Program-made: the position numbers and the translations under genes
Shown here: in pieces, positions 42,101 through 51,521 of the stretch
Layout: every line of letters begins with the position of its first letter
How positions within the stretch are numbered: position 1 is the first letter of the stretch
Notes under the pieces: model-generated
What the model was told of the DNA's origin: nothing
Seen by the model: the letters and a program-made list of their open reading frames with translations, nothing else
Database searches by the model: none
From: Candidatus Latescibacterota bacterium
GTDB lineage: Bacteria > Latescibacterota > UBA2968 > UBA8231
DNA length: 64,000 nucleotides
Direction: 5' to 3'
NCBI GenBank assembly: GCA_965248265.1
Contig: CBDFJF010000002.1
Span: forward strand, 640,001 to 704,000

Positions 42101-43240
42101 TTACTTACACCGGCGGCGAGCCGTTGTGTAGTCGAGGACACCCAGCAGGGCCACGACCCCGGCACCCCCCACCAGCAGCTTCCCGGCGTCGGGAGGCGCC
42201 AATGTCAGCACGCCCAAAGCCAGAATACCCGTGAGAGCTACCATGCCGTAAATGACCAGAACCGCATTTCGTCTCGATAGCCCCAAGGTCACCAGTCGAT
42301 GGCTGACATGGTTGGTGTCTCCGAGCCATGGGGGTGTTCCCCGCCACAGGCGCGAGGCGACGACCGTTAGCTGATCGTATGCGGCCACCGAGAGCACGGA
42401 CAACGGTGCCAACAGACGTGGCCACTCGGAGGCCGCCGAGTCATTTAGGTGATGACTCAACAGGGTGGTCATGCCGGCCGCAGCGAAGCCGAGGAACAAG
42501 CCGCCCGCATCCCCCATGAAAATGCTGGCTCGCGGGAAATTGAAGAGCAGAAACCCGGCCGACGCTCCCGCCAGGGTCAACGACAGCAACATCGTCCCCA
42601 AGTGTGAAGTCCACAGGGCGATCACGCCGATGGAGGCAAACACGATGACGGACATGCCAGCTGCCAGGCCGTCCATGTTGTCGAGGAAGTTGAAGGCATT
42701 CGCCATCGCTACGATCCATACAATCGTTACCAGCGGCGCCAATAGCGGGATCGTCGGCGTCAATGGCAAGGTGAAACCCGGTATGCCCCAGGCAAGTGTA
42801 CTGGCTGCAACCAGCTGCACGATAAGCCGTACCAGCGGAGAGAGTCCGACCCAATCATCCGCGAGGCCAACCAGAAAAACGGCGCTGCCGCACAAGAACA
42901 GTGCCAGTGTCTGGGCGAAATGGGCGCTCTCCAGTCCAGAGACAAGGGCGAAAAAGGTACCGGGTGCCACCTGAGGGTCAGCGACCAGCGCGAGACCGAT
43001 CAGCGCCATGGCCCCCACGGCGGCACCACAATAGATGGCGATTCCGCCGCCGTACGGGACCGGATTCAGATGCGTCTTGTAGGCGCCCGCGTCCGGGTGG
43101 TCAACCAGCCCGAATCGCAGCGCCAAACGGCGCACCGCAGGGGTGGCGACCGCCGTGATCAGGGCGCCGCCGGCAACGATTGCCAGCATGACGTGCAGAG
43201 GGAGGATCAAAGCCTCGCGGTCTGGTAATTTGTCACACAA
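42101..43240 (-). CDS. MraY/WecA-family polyprenyl-phosphate sugar-1-phosphate transferase
   Basis: P.PYGGGIA, GLADD, NAFNFLDNMDGLA, FNFPRASIFMGDAG, H.SHRL. Confidence 0.92.
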   Translation of the reverse strand: MCDKLPDREALILPLHVMLAIVAGGALITAVATPAVRRLALRFGLVDHPDAGAYKTHLNPVPYGGGIAIYCGAAVGAMALIGLALVADPQVAPGTFFALVSGLESAHFAQTLALFLCGSAVFLVGLADDWVGLSPLVRLIVQLVAASTLAWGIPGFTLPLTPTIPLLAPLVTIVWIVAMANAFNFLDNMDGLAAGMSVIVFASIGVIALWTSHLGTMLLSLTLAGASAGFLLFNFPRASIFMGDAGGLFLGFAAAGMTTLLSHHLNDSAASEWPRLLAPLSVLSVAAYDQLTVVASRLWRGTPPWLGDTNHVSHRLVTLGLSRRNAVLVIYGMVALTGILALGVLTLAPPDAGKLLVGGAGVVALLGVLDYTTARRRCK

Positions 43241-43280
43241 TCATCCGCCTTCCTGGGCCTATTTTGAGTAGATGTGTCGA

Positions 43281-43309
43281 TTGACACTCCACTCAAGCCC
43301 AAGTATTTT
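43281..43309 (+). promoter_or_regulatory. Sigma70-type promoter
   Basis: TTGACA (43281-86), 17 bp, TATTTT (43304-09) upstream of the 43364 gene. Confidence 0.6.
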
Positions 43310-43363
43310 CACCACTGTCAAATACCGGTGTAAGCTCAAAGAAATTAGAAAGGTAGGACTTTT

Positions 43364-46300
43364 TTGCAACGACCGTTCAGGGCCCATGCCGCCCGCTTGG
43401 CTGGCATCTTCGGGGCGATTTCGTTCATCGGTATCGGAGCGATTGAAGCCCAGCAGAGCTTCTCCACCGACCACTACGTCATCAATTTCAACCCGGGAAC
43501 CGAGGGTACCGCCCGCCGTGTGGCCGAGGTTGCCGAGGAAGTTTTCCCGCACCTGGCCGCAGCCTACGACTACTACTCCGTCTACGAACCGATTTACATC
43601 AACGTTCTGGACAACACCGATTTCGGCAACGGCTCGGCAAACGAATACACCGGGACCGTGACGATCTGGGCTTCCAACCTGGACTGGGAAATTCGGGGCG
43701 ACCACGACTGGATCAAAAACGTGCTCACTCACGAAATCGCCCACATCATGACCCTGCAGCGGGCACGCAAGAACTGGCCGTTTCGCTATGCCCTGTTCTC
43801 GGTCTCGCGGTTCGACTCCAATCCCGACATCAGCTTTACTTTGCCCGTCTATTATTTGAGTACCCCGACGTGGTGGGTCGAGGGAATCGCCCAGTTTGCT
43901 CCCTATCAGCTGGGCTACGATTCCTGGGACTCCCACCGCGACATGATCCTGCGCATGTCCGTGATCGAGGACGATCTCCATACCTACAATGAAATGGGTA
44001 CTCTGCTCAACCGTCTGGGAGGGTACCGGGCGGAGCAGGTGTACAATCAGGGATTCGCTCTGCTCGTGTACATCGAGTCGCAATACGGAGCGGACAAGGT
44101 CGAGTCGCTGCAGAACCATGTCGGCAGCATCAGCTTCGAGCCAGCCATCCGTCAGGTTCTGGGTATCTCAGCTGAGCAGTTGTACGACGATTGGGTGACC
44201 CACTTGAAGGACTCGTACGCCCAGCAGGTCGCGGAAATTCGCAGAGACGGATTCTACGAGGGACAGGCTCTCGACGAACTCAACGGCGGTGTGTTGGACT
44301 ACCATCCCGCCTATTCACCCGACGGAACCAAGCTGGCCTACATCGGCACCAAGGATCGCGACTTCCGCAGCGCCCAGTTGCAGATCTACGACTTCGAGAC
44401 GGGGGAAGGGAAAGAACTCAAAGGCAGAGTAGATACCCGCATCTCCTGGTCCCCGGATGGTGAAGAGGTGTTGTTTCTGCGCAACAAGCGTGGATTCAAC
44501 GACTTGTACGTGTACAACATCGCCGAAGACGAGGAGCGGCGCATCACCGCCAGATTGCGTGCCCGCGACCCGAGCTACTCACCCGATGGAGATCGCATCG
44601 TCTTCGTCCGCAACGAGGATGGAACGAGCAATCTGTGCACGATCGATCACGATGGTAAGGGGCTGCGGTACCTGACCAACAACAACGATGGGACCCAGAT
44701 CTACGCGCCGCGATGGTCGCCCAACGGTGAGTGGATTCTGTTTTCCATCTTCAAAGGCGACGACCGCGACATCGCCATGATGCGAGCCGATTCGCCGCCT
44801 CGGGCCAAGAAATGGGGCATCCGCGATCGCACCGAGGTGCCGGATTCTCTCAACGTCTTTCCCGACAGTCTGGCTTTTCCGCATCCCGACACCTCCGGCT
44901 TCACCCCGATGCTGGCCTCGGTCAACGACGAGCGCGATCCGTACTGGCTGCCGGACGGCAGCGGCTTTGTCTTCGCGTCCGACCTGGGCGGAGTGTTCAA
45001 CATCCACCGGTATCGTCTGGAGTCCGGCACGGTGGATCGTCTCACCAACGTACTCGGAGGCGCCTTCACGCCGACCGTGTCAGCGGACGGAGACCGACTG
45101 ACGTATTCCAGCTATCACTCGAACAACTGGGAGCTGTTCGAGGTGGATCTGGAATCACGGGGTGACGGTGAACCGGTAACCTGGGATCCGCTGATCGCGC
45201 GCGACTACCAGAGCCGGTATGACGGTCCGCCCCTCTCGAAGGAGTACGACCTGGGGCGCGCCCGGGGCAAGCGGGTAGCGGATGTGATCCCGATCTTCCA
45301 AGCAGGTCCGACCGCAATCGGCAACCGTTTCGGTTTGAATCAAATCAGCGGCGGTTTCCAGGTGTCGGCTCGGCCCATTCTCTCCGGCGGCGATGCCCTT
45401 ACCGCCTGGGGTGTTCTCGGCAAAAACTTTCGCGAGGACACCGATTTGAACTCCGATTTCGGAGCCAGCTATCAGCGTCGTGTGTTCCCCGCAGCAGCCG
45501 GAAACCAGACCTTCCGCCCCTTGTTCTTTGCCGCAGTCCGGCGGCGTGAGATCGACTCGATCCAGAATGCGGTTACCCAGAACATCGCGGATACCTCGGC
45601 CACCGTGACCTTCTACCCGGTCGCCTCCGACACCTCCGACCTGCTCATTCCGGAGAGCACACAGTATTTCTACAGCCGCACAACGCAGAAGGATCTGCTC
45701 AAATCAGTGTTCAACACACTCTCTCTCGGGGTCCAGATGCCGCTGTCGCGCCGGCAGATGTTATTCGCCAGCTACCTGAACCGTGACTACATCGAAGACT
45801 GGTCCGTGCAGCGAGTCCGCCGGCAGACGGATATCTTTCTGGTGCAGGACGGGGTCGACATCACCCAGTCCCTGACATCGTCAGTGGTGCATGAGGACAC
45901 GGTGTTCATAGGTCGCAATGACCCTCTAAAGAGGTACAACGACCTGGAATTCTTTCACTCCCATGACCTGACGCTGGCCTGGCAATACCAGAATGTGAAG
46001 AGTTCGACCGACTTGCTGATAACACCGACAGGCAGGGGCGTCACGTTAATTTACCGCTACATGAAACCGACTCTCGTCGACTCCCTGTTACAGGCGACCC
46101 CGGTTGCCGGGGAAGTGCCCGGCGATGAATTCCTGCCGGTCAAAACGAGTTTCACCATTAACGAATATGTGGGAGCCTACACCGAGAGCATAGGTCTTCC
46201 GTATCACAACAGCATTTATCTCCAGGCCATCGGCGCTTACCGTAACCTTCGCTTGAAGCCGCGCGTTGCCGGCCCTGACGGGGGCATTTTTGAGGGTCGT

Positions 46301-46864
46301 TTCTACTGGCCTCTGCGCTACTGGATAGGAGGATCCAATTTTCTCAGCGGTTACCCCTTCTTCACCGCTAACGGGTCCAAGTTGCTCTATGGACGGGCTG
46401 CGTACCGCTTTCCGATCTTCCAGCGCCTGAACCTCGGATTCTTCAACTTCAACGCGGCCAAGCTCTACACCGAACTGTTCGCGGAAACCGCCGCGGTGGG
46501 CAACTCGAACAAACTCCACCTTGACGACTTCAGTACGGACGACTTTCTCTCCGATATCGGCGGGGAGCTGCGCCTGCAGCTGTTCACCTTCTACAACCTG
46601 CCGATGCAGGCGTTTTTTCAGGTCGCGCATCCGCTCAACCGCCAGCGTGAGCTCAACTGGCGCCAGTCGGATCGCTACCGGCAGTTGGGCTTCGTCAGTG
46701 TCCAGGCGGCACACCGGCGCCAGCAGGAGCTCCAGAGCAACCCTGCGCGGGACGCGACGGAGGAAGACGAACTGGATCGCCTGGACGCGGTCGATAGGTT
46801 TCCCCGCATCGATCGTTTCCGCTACTACTTCGGTCTGGGCTTCGTCAGCCGCGGACTATTTTGA
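43364..46864 (+). CDS. Exported protein: gluzincin-type peptidase domain, TolB/PD40 propeller, probable Omp85-like barrel
   Basis: Signal peptide; THEIAH and downstream WWVEGIAQF; repeated SPDG motifs; amphipathic beta strands, ends YYFGLGFVSRGLF. Confidence 0.8.
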   Translation: MQRPFRAHAARLAGIFGAISFIGIGAIEAQQSFSTDHYVINFNPGTEGTARRVAEVAEEVFPHLAAAYDYYSVYEPIYINVLDNTDFGNGSANEYTGTVTIWASNLDWEIRGDHDWIKNVLTHEIAHIMTLQRARKNWPFRYALFSVSRFDSNPDISFTLPVYYLSTPTWWVEGIAQFAPYQLGYDSWDSHRDMILRMSVIEDDLHTYNEMGTLLNRLGGYRAEQVYNQGFALLVYIESQYGADKVESLQNHVGSISFEPAIRQVLGISAEQLYDDWVTHLKDSYAQQVAEIRRDGFYEGQALDELNGGVLDYHPAYSPDGTKLAYIGTKDRDFRSAQLQIYDFETGEGKELKGRVDTRISWSPDGEEVLFLRNKRGFNDLYVYNIAEDEERRITARLRARDPSYSPDGDRIVFVRNEDGTSNLCTIDHDGKGLRYLTNNNDGTQIYAPRWSPNGEWILFSIFKGDDRDIAMMRADSPPRAKKWGIRDRTEVPDSLNVFPDSLAFPHPDTSGFTPMLASVNDERDPYWLPDGSGFVFASDLGGVFNIHRYRLESGTVDRLTNVLGGAFTPTVSADGDRLTYSSYHSNNWELFEVDLESRGDGEPVTWDPLIARDYQSRYDGPPLSKEYDLGRARGKRVADVIPIFQAGPTAIGNRFGLNQISGGFQVSARPILSGGDALTAWGVLGKNFREDTDLNSDFGASYQRRVFPAAAGNQTFRPLFFAAVRRREIDSIQNAVTQNIADTSATVTFYPVASDTSDLLIPESTQYFYSRTTQKDLLKSVFNTLSLGVQMPLSRRQMLFASYLNRDYIEDWSVQRVRRQTDIFLVQDGVDITQSLTSSVVHEDTVFIGRNDPLKRYNDLEFFHSHDLTLAWQYQNVKSSTDLLITPTGRGVTLIYRYMKPTLVDSLLQATPVAGEVPGDEFLPVKTSFTINEYVGAYTESIGLPYHNSIYLQAIGAYRNLRLKPRVAGPDGGIFEGRFYWPLRYWIGGSNFLSGYPFFTANGSKLLYGRAAYRFPIFQRLNLGFFNFNAAKLYTELFAETAAVGNSNKLHLDDFSTDDFLSDIGGELRLQLFTFYNLPMQAFFQVAHPLNRQRELNWRQSDRYRQLGFVSVQAAHRRQQELQSNPARDATEEDELDRLDAVDRFPRIDRFRYYFGLGFVSRGLF

Positions 46865-46867
46865 CAG

Positions 46868-46996
46868 ATGGCACGAATCGATCTACGAAAACTGGCATTG
46901 CGGTTGAAGATCCTGGAGATGTTGAAGATCTACACCCGCCGCCGGCAACTGGAAGGAGCAACTGAGCATTGGCGCCGCACCGTACGTCCCAATTGA
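46868..46996 (+). CDS. Putative 42-aa basic peptide
   Basis: MARIDLRKLALRLKILEMLKIYTRRRQLEGATEHWRRTVRPN; ATG 3 nt after upstream stop; below ORF-track size cutoff. Confidence 0.35.
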   Translation: MARIDLRKLALRLKILEMLKIYTRRRQLEGATEHWRRTVRPN

Positions 46997-47661
46997 AGCA
47001 AGCCAGAGTGCGGCGCTCTCCACTGAGCGCCAGACGATTCGTCCGATGGACTCCGTTGTGGCCGTGCGCGTTGTTCGCTGTGTTTTTCGCTATGATGATG
47101 GCCTGTGGCGATGAACCTCCAGCCGACGATTCACCGCCTGCCTCGCCCGACCCTGTTGATGCCGCACTCGCGGCCGGCTTCGCCGTCGACACGGTTGGCG
47201 TGCGCGATCTGGCTGAGGGGGATACCCTCAACCTGGACACGGGGCTGACCATCATCGAGTCAACGGTGAAATTCCCCGAGCGGGGAGAGGTTTTTGCCTG
47301 GGAGTTCAACGCCGAGACCATGAATCCGGTAAAGTTGCTGGTCGTGCGTTGGAAGGATTCCAGAGCCCGGCTGGAGCTCATAGGAGAGAGCCCGACGGTC
47401 ATTCCCGAACGGCTGGGGTTGAACAGGATTCAGCTGCCGGAGCCGATTCCGGTACGGCGGCGGGACATGATGGGAATCTACATGAAGGAGGCTGGCACAG
47501 TACCGTTTCTCAAAAAAACGAGCTGGAAGACCCTGATCATGCCGCGGCCTCTCGAGCGTCCGTACACGCGACGCGAACTCTTCACCATGTACGGCTGGCG
47601 TTACGGGTTCCGCACATTCTGGCGAAAGCCGAATGATTCCACCCAACAATCCATTCCGTAG
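46969..47661 (+). CDS. Hypothetical lipoprotein
   Basis: Hydrophobic stretch with lipobox-like MMAC, then beta-rich domain; GGAAGGAG upstream of TTG; start uncertain. Confidence 0.65.
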   Translation: MAPHRTSQLKQARVRRSPLSARRFVRWTPLWPCALFAVFFAMMMACGDEPPADDSPPASPDPVDAALAAGFAVDTVGVRDLAEGDTLNLDTGLTIIESTVKFPERGEVFAWEFNAETMNPVKLLVVRWKDSRARLELIGESPTVIPERLGLNRIQLPEPIPVRRRDMMGIYMKEAGTVPFLKKTSWKTLIMPRPLERPYTRRELFTMYGWRYGFRTFWRKPNDSTQQSIP

Positions 47662-47685
47662 TAGCCCGTCCGGTCGTCCTGGGGG

Positions 47686-48273
47686 TTAACCGCTGTTTTC
47701 CACCGGGTCGTGGAGTGAGGTTTCCGACGATTCTTCCTCGATCGTACTGGGTTTGAACAGGAGCCACCCATATCCCACCGTCGAAACGATCAGCAATCCC
47801 GTCGTGATCGCGATCATCACCCCTTTGACGGCTTCCTCCTCAACCTGAATGACATGAGTCAACATGGTCAGCGCCATGCTGACGGTCGCGTACTTGCCCA
47901 ACCGAGAAGCCGACACCACGATGTGATGCTTCTTCAGCAATATCGTGCCGGCGGTGACGATGGCCAGGTCCCGCGCCACCTGGATCGCTAGCAACCAAAG
48001 GGGAAATTCCCTCCACCAGACCAACGCCGCACAGACGCCACCGATAAACAGCTTGTCGGCGACGGGATCCAGGATTTTGCCCAGCTGGCTGATTTGGCTC
48101 AGGCGGCGGGCCACGAAGCCGTCGAACAGATCGGTGGCCGCTGCGGCGATCAGCAGAAACAGAGTGAGATTTGAAAAGAAGGCAGAATCCGACGTCCCGG
48201 CGCCGCGGTAGATGCTGTAGATGGTGAGCGGTCCCAACAGGATCCGGAGTATACTCAGCGAGTTGGCAAGCAC
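47686..48273 (-). CDS. pgsA: CDP-alcohol phosphatidyltransferase (PgsA-like)
   Basis: ANSLSILR, TDLFDGFVARR...LGKILDPVADK; start GTG 48273 just after recN. Confidence 0.88.
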   Translation of the reverse strand: MLANSLSILRILLGPLTIYSIYRGAGTSDSAFFSNLTLFLLIAAAATDLFDGFVARRLSQISQLGKILDPVADKLFIGGVCAALVWWREFPLWLLAIQVARDLAIVTAGTILLKKHHIVVSASRLGKYATVSMALTMLTHVIQVEEEAVKGVMIAITTGLLIVSTVGYGWLLFKPSTIEEESSETSLHDPVENSG

Positions 48274-48277
48274 ACCC

Positions 48278-49972
48278 CTACCTGAGCATTTCTTCGGCGT
48301 GCCGCCGCGCTGCCGGAGACACGGTCTCCCCACCCAGCAGGTGGGCGATTTCGTCGGAGCGCTCGCTCTCGTCTTCCAGCGGCAGAATCTCCGTGATGGT
48401 CCGGTTCTCAACCTGTCGCTTGCGCACGGAGAAGTGACGGTCTGCCCGGCTGGCGATCTGGGGAAGGTGGGTGATGGCGATGACCTGATGAGAGCGCGCA
48501 AGCACCTCGAGACGGCGTGCCACGGCGGCGGCGACCTTGCCGGAAATTCCCGCATCGATCTCGTCGAAGACGAGGATGGACACCTGATCGCGCTCGGCGA
48601 TGATCTGCTTGAGGGCCAGCATGATCCTGGAAATCTCACCGCCCGAGGCAATGCGTGCGAGCGGCCGCGGAGCTTCGCCCATATTGGCGGAGATCAGGAA
48701 CTGGACATCGTCCATGCCACCGGGGCCGGCTTGATAGCGGGCGTCGCCGTCCTCGATGAGGCCTCCGTCGTCGCGTACGCGGTCGATGTCGACGACGAAG
48801 GTGCAATTCTCCATGCCCAACTCGCTCAGCGCTTCCTCCACGGCACCTGTCAGCCCATCTGCCGCTGAGCGTCTCTTGGCTGACAGTGCCTGGCATCGCT
48901 GGGCGAATACGTGCAGCGATTTGTTGCGCCGGCTCTGCGCTTGCTCGAGGTCGGCTTCGAGGTCGTTGGCTCGGGTCTCAGCGTTCTCGAGTTGCTGCGC
49001 CAGGCTCAGCACGTCGTCCACCGTCGGACCGTATTTGCGCAGCAGACGTTGGAGCGTATCCAGCCGCTCGCGGGCATATTCCAGTCGTTGCGGGTCGGCG
49101 GTGAGTCCACTGGAGTAGTCACGCAGTCGCGCCGCCACATCCTCTACCCGAAAGAGCGTTTGCTCCAGTTCGTCGGCTCCTGGCTGCAGCTGGGGGTCCG
49201 TCGCGGCCAGATCGAGCAATTTGCGCCTGGCATTGCCTAGTTGGTCGAATAACGAGGAAGGCCCCTCATACAGAGAATCACACAACTCAGCGGCTCCCTC
49301 AGTCAAGGCGGCAAGGTTCGACAACACTGCGACCTCACGCTCAAGACTCTCCTCTTCTCCAGCTTCGGGAGCGAGTTGACGAATTTCCTGAAGCTGAAAA
49401 CCCCGCAGCTCTTCCTGCTGAAGGAGTGCATCGCGTTCGGTCACCAGGCGCTGGGTCAGGCGCTCCGATTCGTCGTAGTCACTGAAGGCCGCCGCAACCG
49501 TCTCGACTTGTGCAGTGAGCCCGCCGGATTCATCCACGAAACGGCCGTGCAGATCTGGTTGAAGAAGAGATTGGTGTTCATGCTGCCCGTGCAGGTCAGC
49601 CAACACGGTACCGATCTCGCGCAGCCTGCGTTGGGGGACGAGGGCGCCGTTGATGAAGGCGCGAGAACGGCCGGAGCGGATTTCTCGCCGCAAGATGAGT
49701 TGACCGTCCTCGAGATCGATGTCGAGTTGCGTCAGACGCTGTGCTGCCGGCGCGTTTTCATTGAACTCGAACAGGCCTTCGACGACACAACGCTCGGCAC
49801 CCGAGCGGACAGTTTCGGCAGCCACGGGCGCTCCCAATATCGATTGCAGCGCACCGATCAGAATCGATTTTCCAGCTCCAGTTTCGCCCGTGATGATATT
49901 GAGTCCAGTGCCAAGCTCAATGTCGGCGTTCTCGATCAGGGCGAAATTCTCAATGTGAAGACGGACAAGCAT
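48278..49972 (-). CDS. recN: DNA repair protein RecN
   Basis: IENFALI, TGETGAGKSI, HGQHEHQ, ASGGEISR, FDEIDAGISG, ITHLPQIA. Confidence 0.97.
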   Translation of the reverse strand: MLVRLHIENFALIENADIELGTGLNIITGETGAGKSILIGALQSILGAPVAAETVRSGAERCVVEGLFEFNENAPAAQRLTQLDIDLEDGQLILRREIRSGRSRAFINGALVPQRRLREIGTVLADLHGQHEHQSLLQPDLHGRFVDESGGLTAQVETVAAAFSDYDESERLTQRLVTERDALLQQEELRGFQLQEIRQLAPEAGEEESLEREVAVLSNLAALTEGAAELCDSLYEGPSSLFDQLGNARRKLLDLAATDPQLQPGADELEQTLFRVEDVAARLRDYSSGLTADPQRLEYARERLDTLQRLLRKYGPTVDDVLSLAQQLENAETRANDLEADLEQAQSRRNKSLHVFAQRCQALSAKRRSAADGLTGAVEEALSELGMENCTFVVDIDRVRDDGGLIEDGDARYQAGPGGMDDVQFLISANMGEAPRPLARIASGGEISRIMLALKQIIAERDQVSILVFDEIDAGISGKVAAAVARRLEVLARSHQVIAITHLPQIASRADRHFSVRKRQVENRTITEILPLEDESERSDEIAHLLGGETVSPAARRHAEEMLR

Positions 49973-50272
49973 TTAGTCGTCGTCGGCCAGGTCGTCATCC
50001 TCGAACCCGCCCTGATCCTGGTCCAGGAACTCCAGGTCCATGTCGCCGCCCTGTTTCTTTACCAGAGCCTGCACCCGCTTGCGCGTTTCCTTGAGACGCA
50101 GAGCGCAGGCCCGGGATGCTGTAACCCCTCGCTCGAAAACCTCAAGAGATTCTTCAAGCGTCAGATCACCGGATTCCAGTCGCGTAACGCTGTCCTCCAG
50201 CTGCACCATGGCCTCCTCGAAAGACGGTGCCTGTGCGCCTTTGTCAGCGCCTGGGGATTTATTCCTGGCCAG
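49973..50272 (-). CDS. xseB: Exodeoxyribonuclease VII small subunit (probable CTG start)
   Basis: SFEEAMVQLEDSVTRLESGDLTLEESLEVFERG; SFEEA lies upstream of the first ATG (50209); GAGGAGG 6 nt before CTG 50272. Confidence 0.9.
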   Translation of the reverse strand: MARNKSPGADKGAQAPSFEEAMVQLEDSVTRLESGDLTLEESLEVFERGVTASRACALRLKETRKRVQALVKKQGGDMDLEFLDQDQGGFEDDDLADDD

Positions 50273-51521
50273 GATTCACCTCCTCGACATTGCACAGGGC
50301 ATCGCCCTCGCTGAAACGCAACCGGATCTGTTCGCCGGTCTGCAGCTCCGCCGCTTTACGCAGCGGTTTGCCGTCGACGGCACGTTCACAGTAGGCAAAA
50401 CCCCGGCTCAAACCCGCCAGAGGGCTCAGACCCTGCAGTCGCAGGGCCGCTGTGTGAAACGAATGCGTTCTGGTCATGGCCGAACGGTCAAAACCGTCGA
50501 CCAGAGTTTCGCGCCTCTCGTCCAGGTACTGCGCTGCCTGGTCGAGGCGGTCCTTCAGTCGGCGCGCCAGCCAGGCTGGATCGGCATGCTCCAGGCGCAA
50601 CTGGAAATGCGCCAGACGGTTTGTAACGGCAGCCTGAAGGCGTCCGTGGAAGTCCGAAATTCGCTGTCGCAGGGCACCGTACTCCTGGGTGACGATCTCG
50701 GCTGCCGACGAGGGTGTCGGGGCGCGAACATCAGCCACGTAGTCGCAGATCGAAAAATCGATCTCATGGCCAACAGCTGAAACGACCGGAATCTTCGAGG
50801 CGTACACGGAGCGCGCGACAACCTCCTCATTGAAGGGCCAAAGGTCCTCCGCCGACCCACCTCCCCGTCCGACGATCAATATATCAGCCGCCGAGTGCTG
50901 GTTCAATTCCGCGATTGCGCGGGCGATGTCGAGGGCAGCAGTCGGCCCCTGTACCGTGGTTGGGCGGAGGATGATCTGTACACCTGGTGCGCGCCGCTGG
51001 ATGACATTGATGATGTCCCTGATCGCGGCGCCGGTTCGCGAAGTGACGACGCCAACCGTCCGTGGGAACGCAGGTAACGGCCGCTTGCGCTGCGGATCGA
51101 ACAGGCCGTCCTGATCAAGTCGAGCTCTCAGCTTTTCGAATGCCAGGGCTAACTCACCCACCCCGGCCGGCCGCATTTCGTAAACGAGAAACTGGTATCG
51201 CCCACCGCGTTCGTAGACGGAGATGTTGCCGAAGGCGAGGACCTTGGTCCCAGGCTCTGGCGCGAAGGACAACTGCTGCGCGTAGGAGCGGAACATGACC
51301 GCGCTCAGTTGGGAGTCGGGGTCGGTCAGGGTCAGGTAGCAGTGACCGGAAGCGGCACGACTGAAGTCCGAAAGCTCTCCAACCACCCAGCAAGCGGGCA
51401 ATGTCTCCTCCAGCAGGCTTTTCACCTGGGTGGTGATCTCGGAGACGGTGAGCGGGCCGTGGTCGCGGACCCCCTCCTCATCATCAGACGGCGGAGGAGG
51501 AGCAAACAAGTCGAGCGTCAT
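50259..51521 (-). CDS. xseA: Exodeoxyribonuclease VII large subunit
   Basis: SGHCY, TGAAIRDI, GRGGGSAEDLWPFNEE, SAVGHEID, APTPS. Confidence 0.97.
   Translation of the reverse strand: MTLDLFAPPPPSDDEEGVRDHGPLTVSEITTQVKSLLEETLPACWVVGELSDFSRAASGHCYLTLTDPDSQLSAVMFRSYAQQLSFAPEPGTKVLAFGNISVYERGGRYQFLVYEMRPAGVGELALAFEKLRARLDQDGLFDPQRKRPLPAFPRTVGVVTSRTGAAIRDIINVIQRRAPGVQIILRPTTVQGPTAALDIARAIAELNQHSAADILIVGRGGGSAEDLWPFNEEVVARSVYASKIPVVSAVGHEIDFSICDYVADVRAPTPSSAAEIVTQEYGALRQRISDFHGRLQAAVTNRLAHFQLRLEHADPAWLARRLKDRLDQAAQYLDERRETLVDGFDRSAMTRTHSFHTAALRLQGLSPLAGLSRGFAYCERAVDGKPLRKAAELQTGEQIRLRFSEGDALCNVEEVNPGQE

Noticed and set aside
36868-43240. Genomic island integrated at tRNA-Lys
   Set aside because: No integrase, no duplicated tRNA 3' end found, no obvious compositional shift
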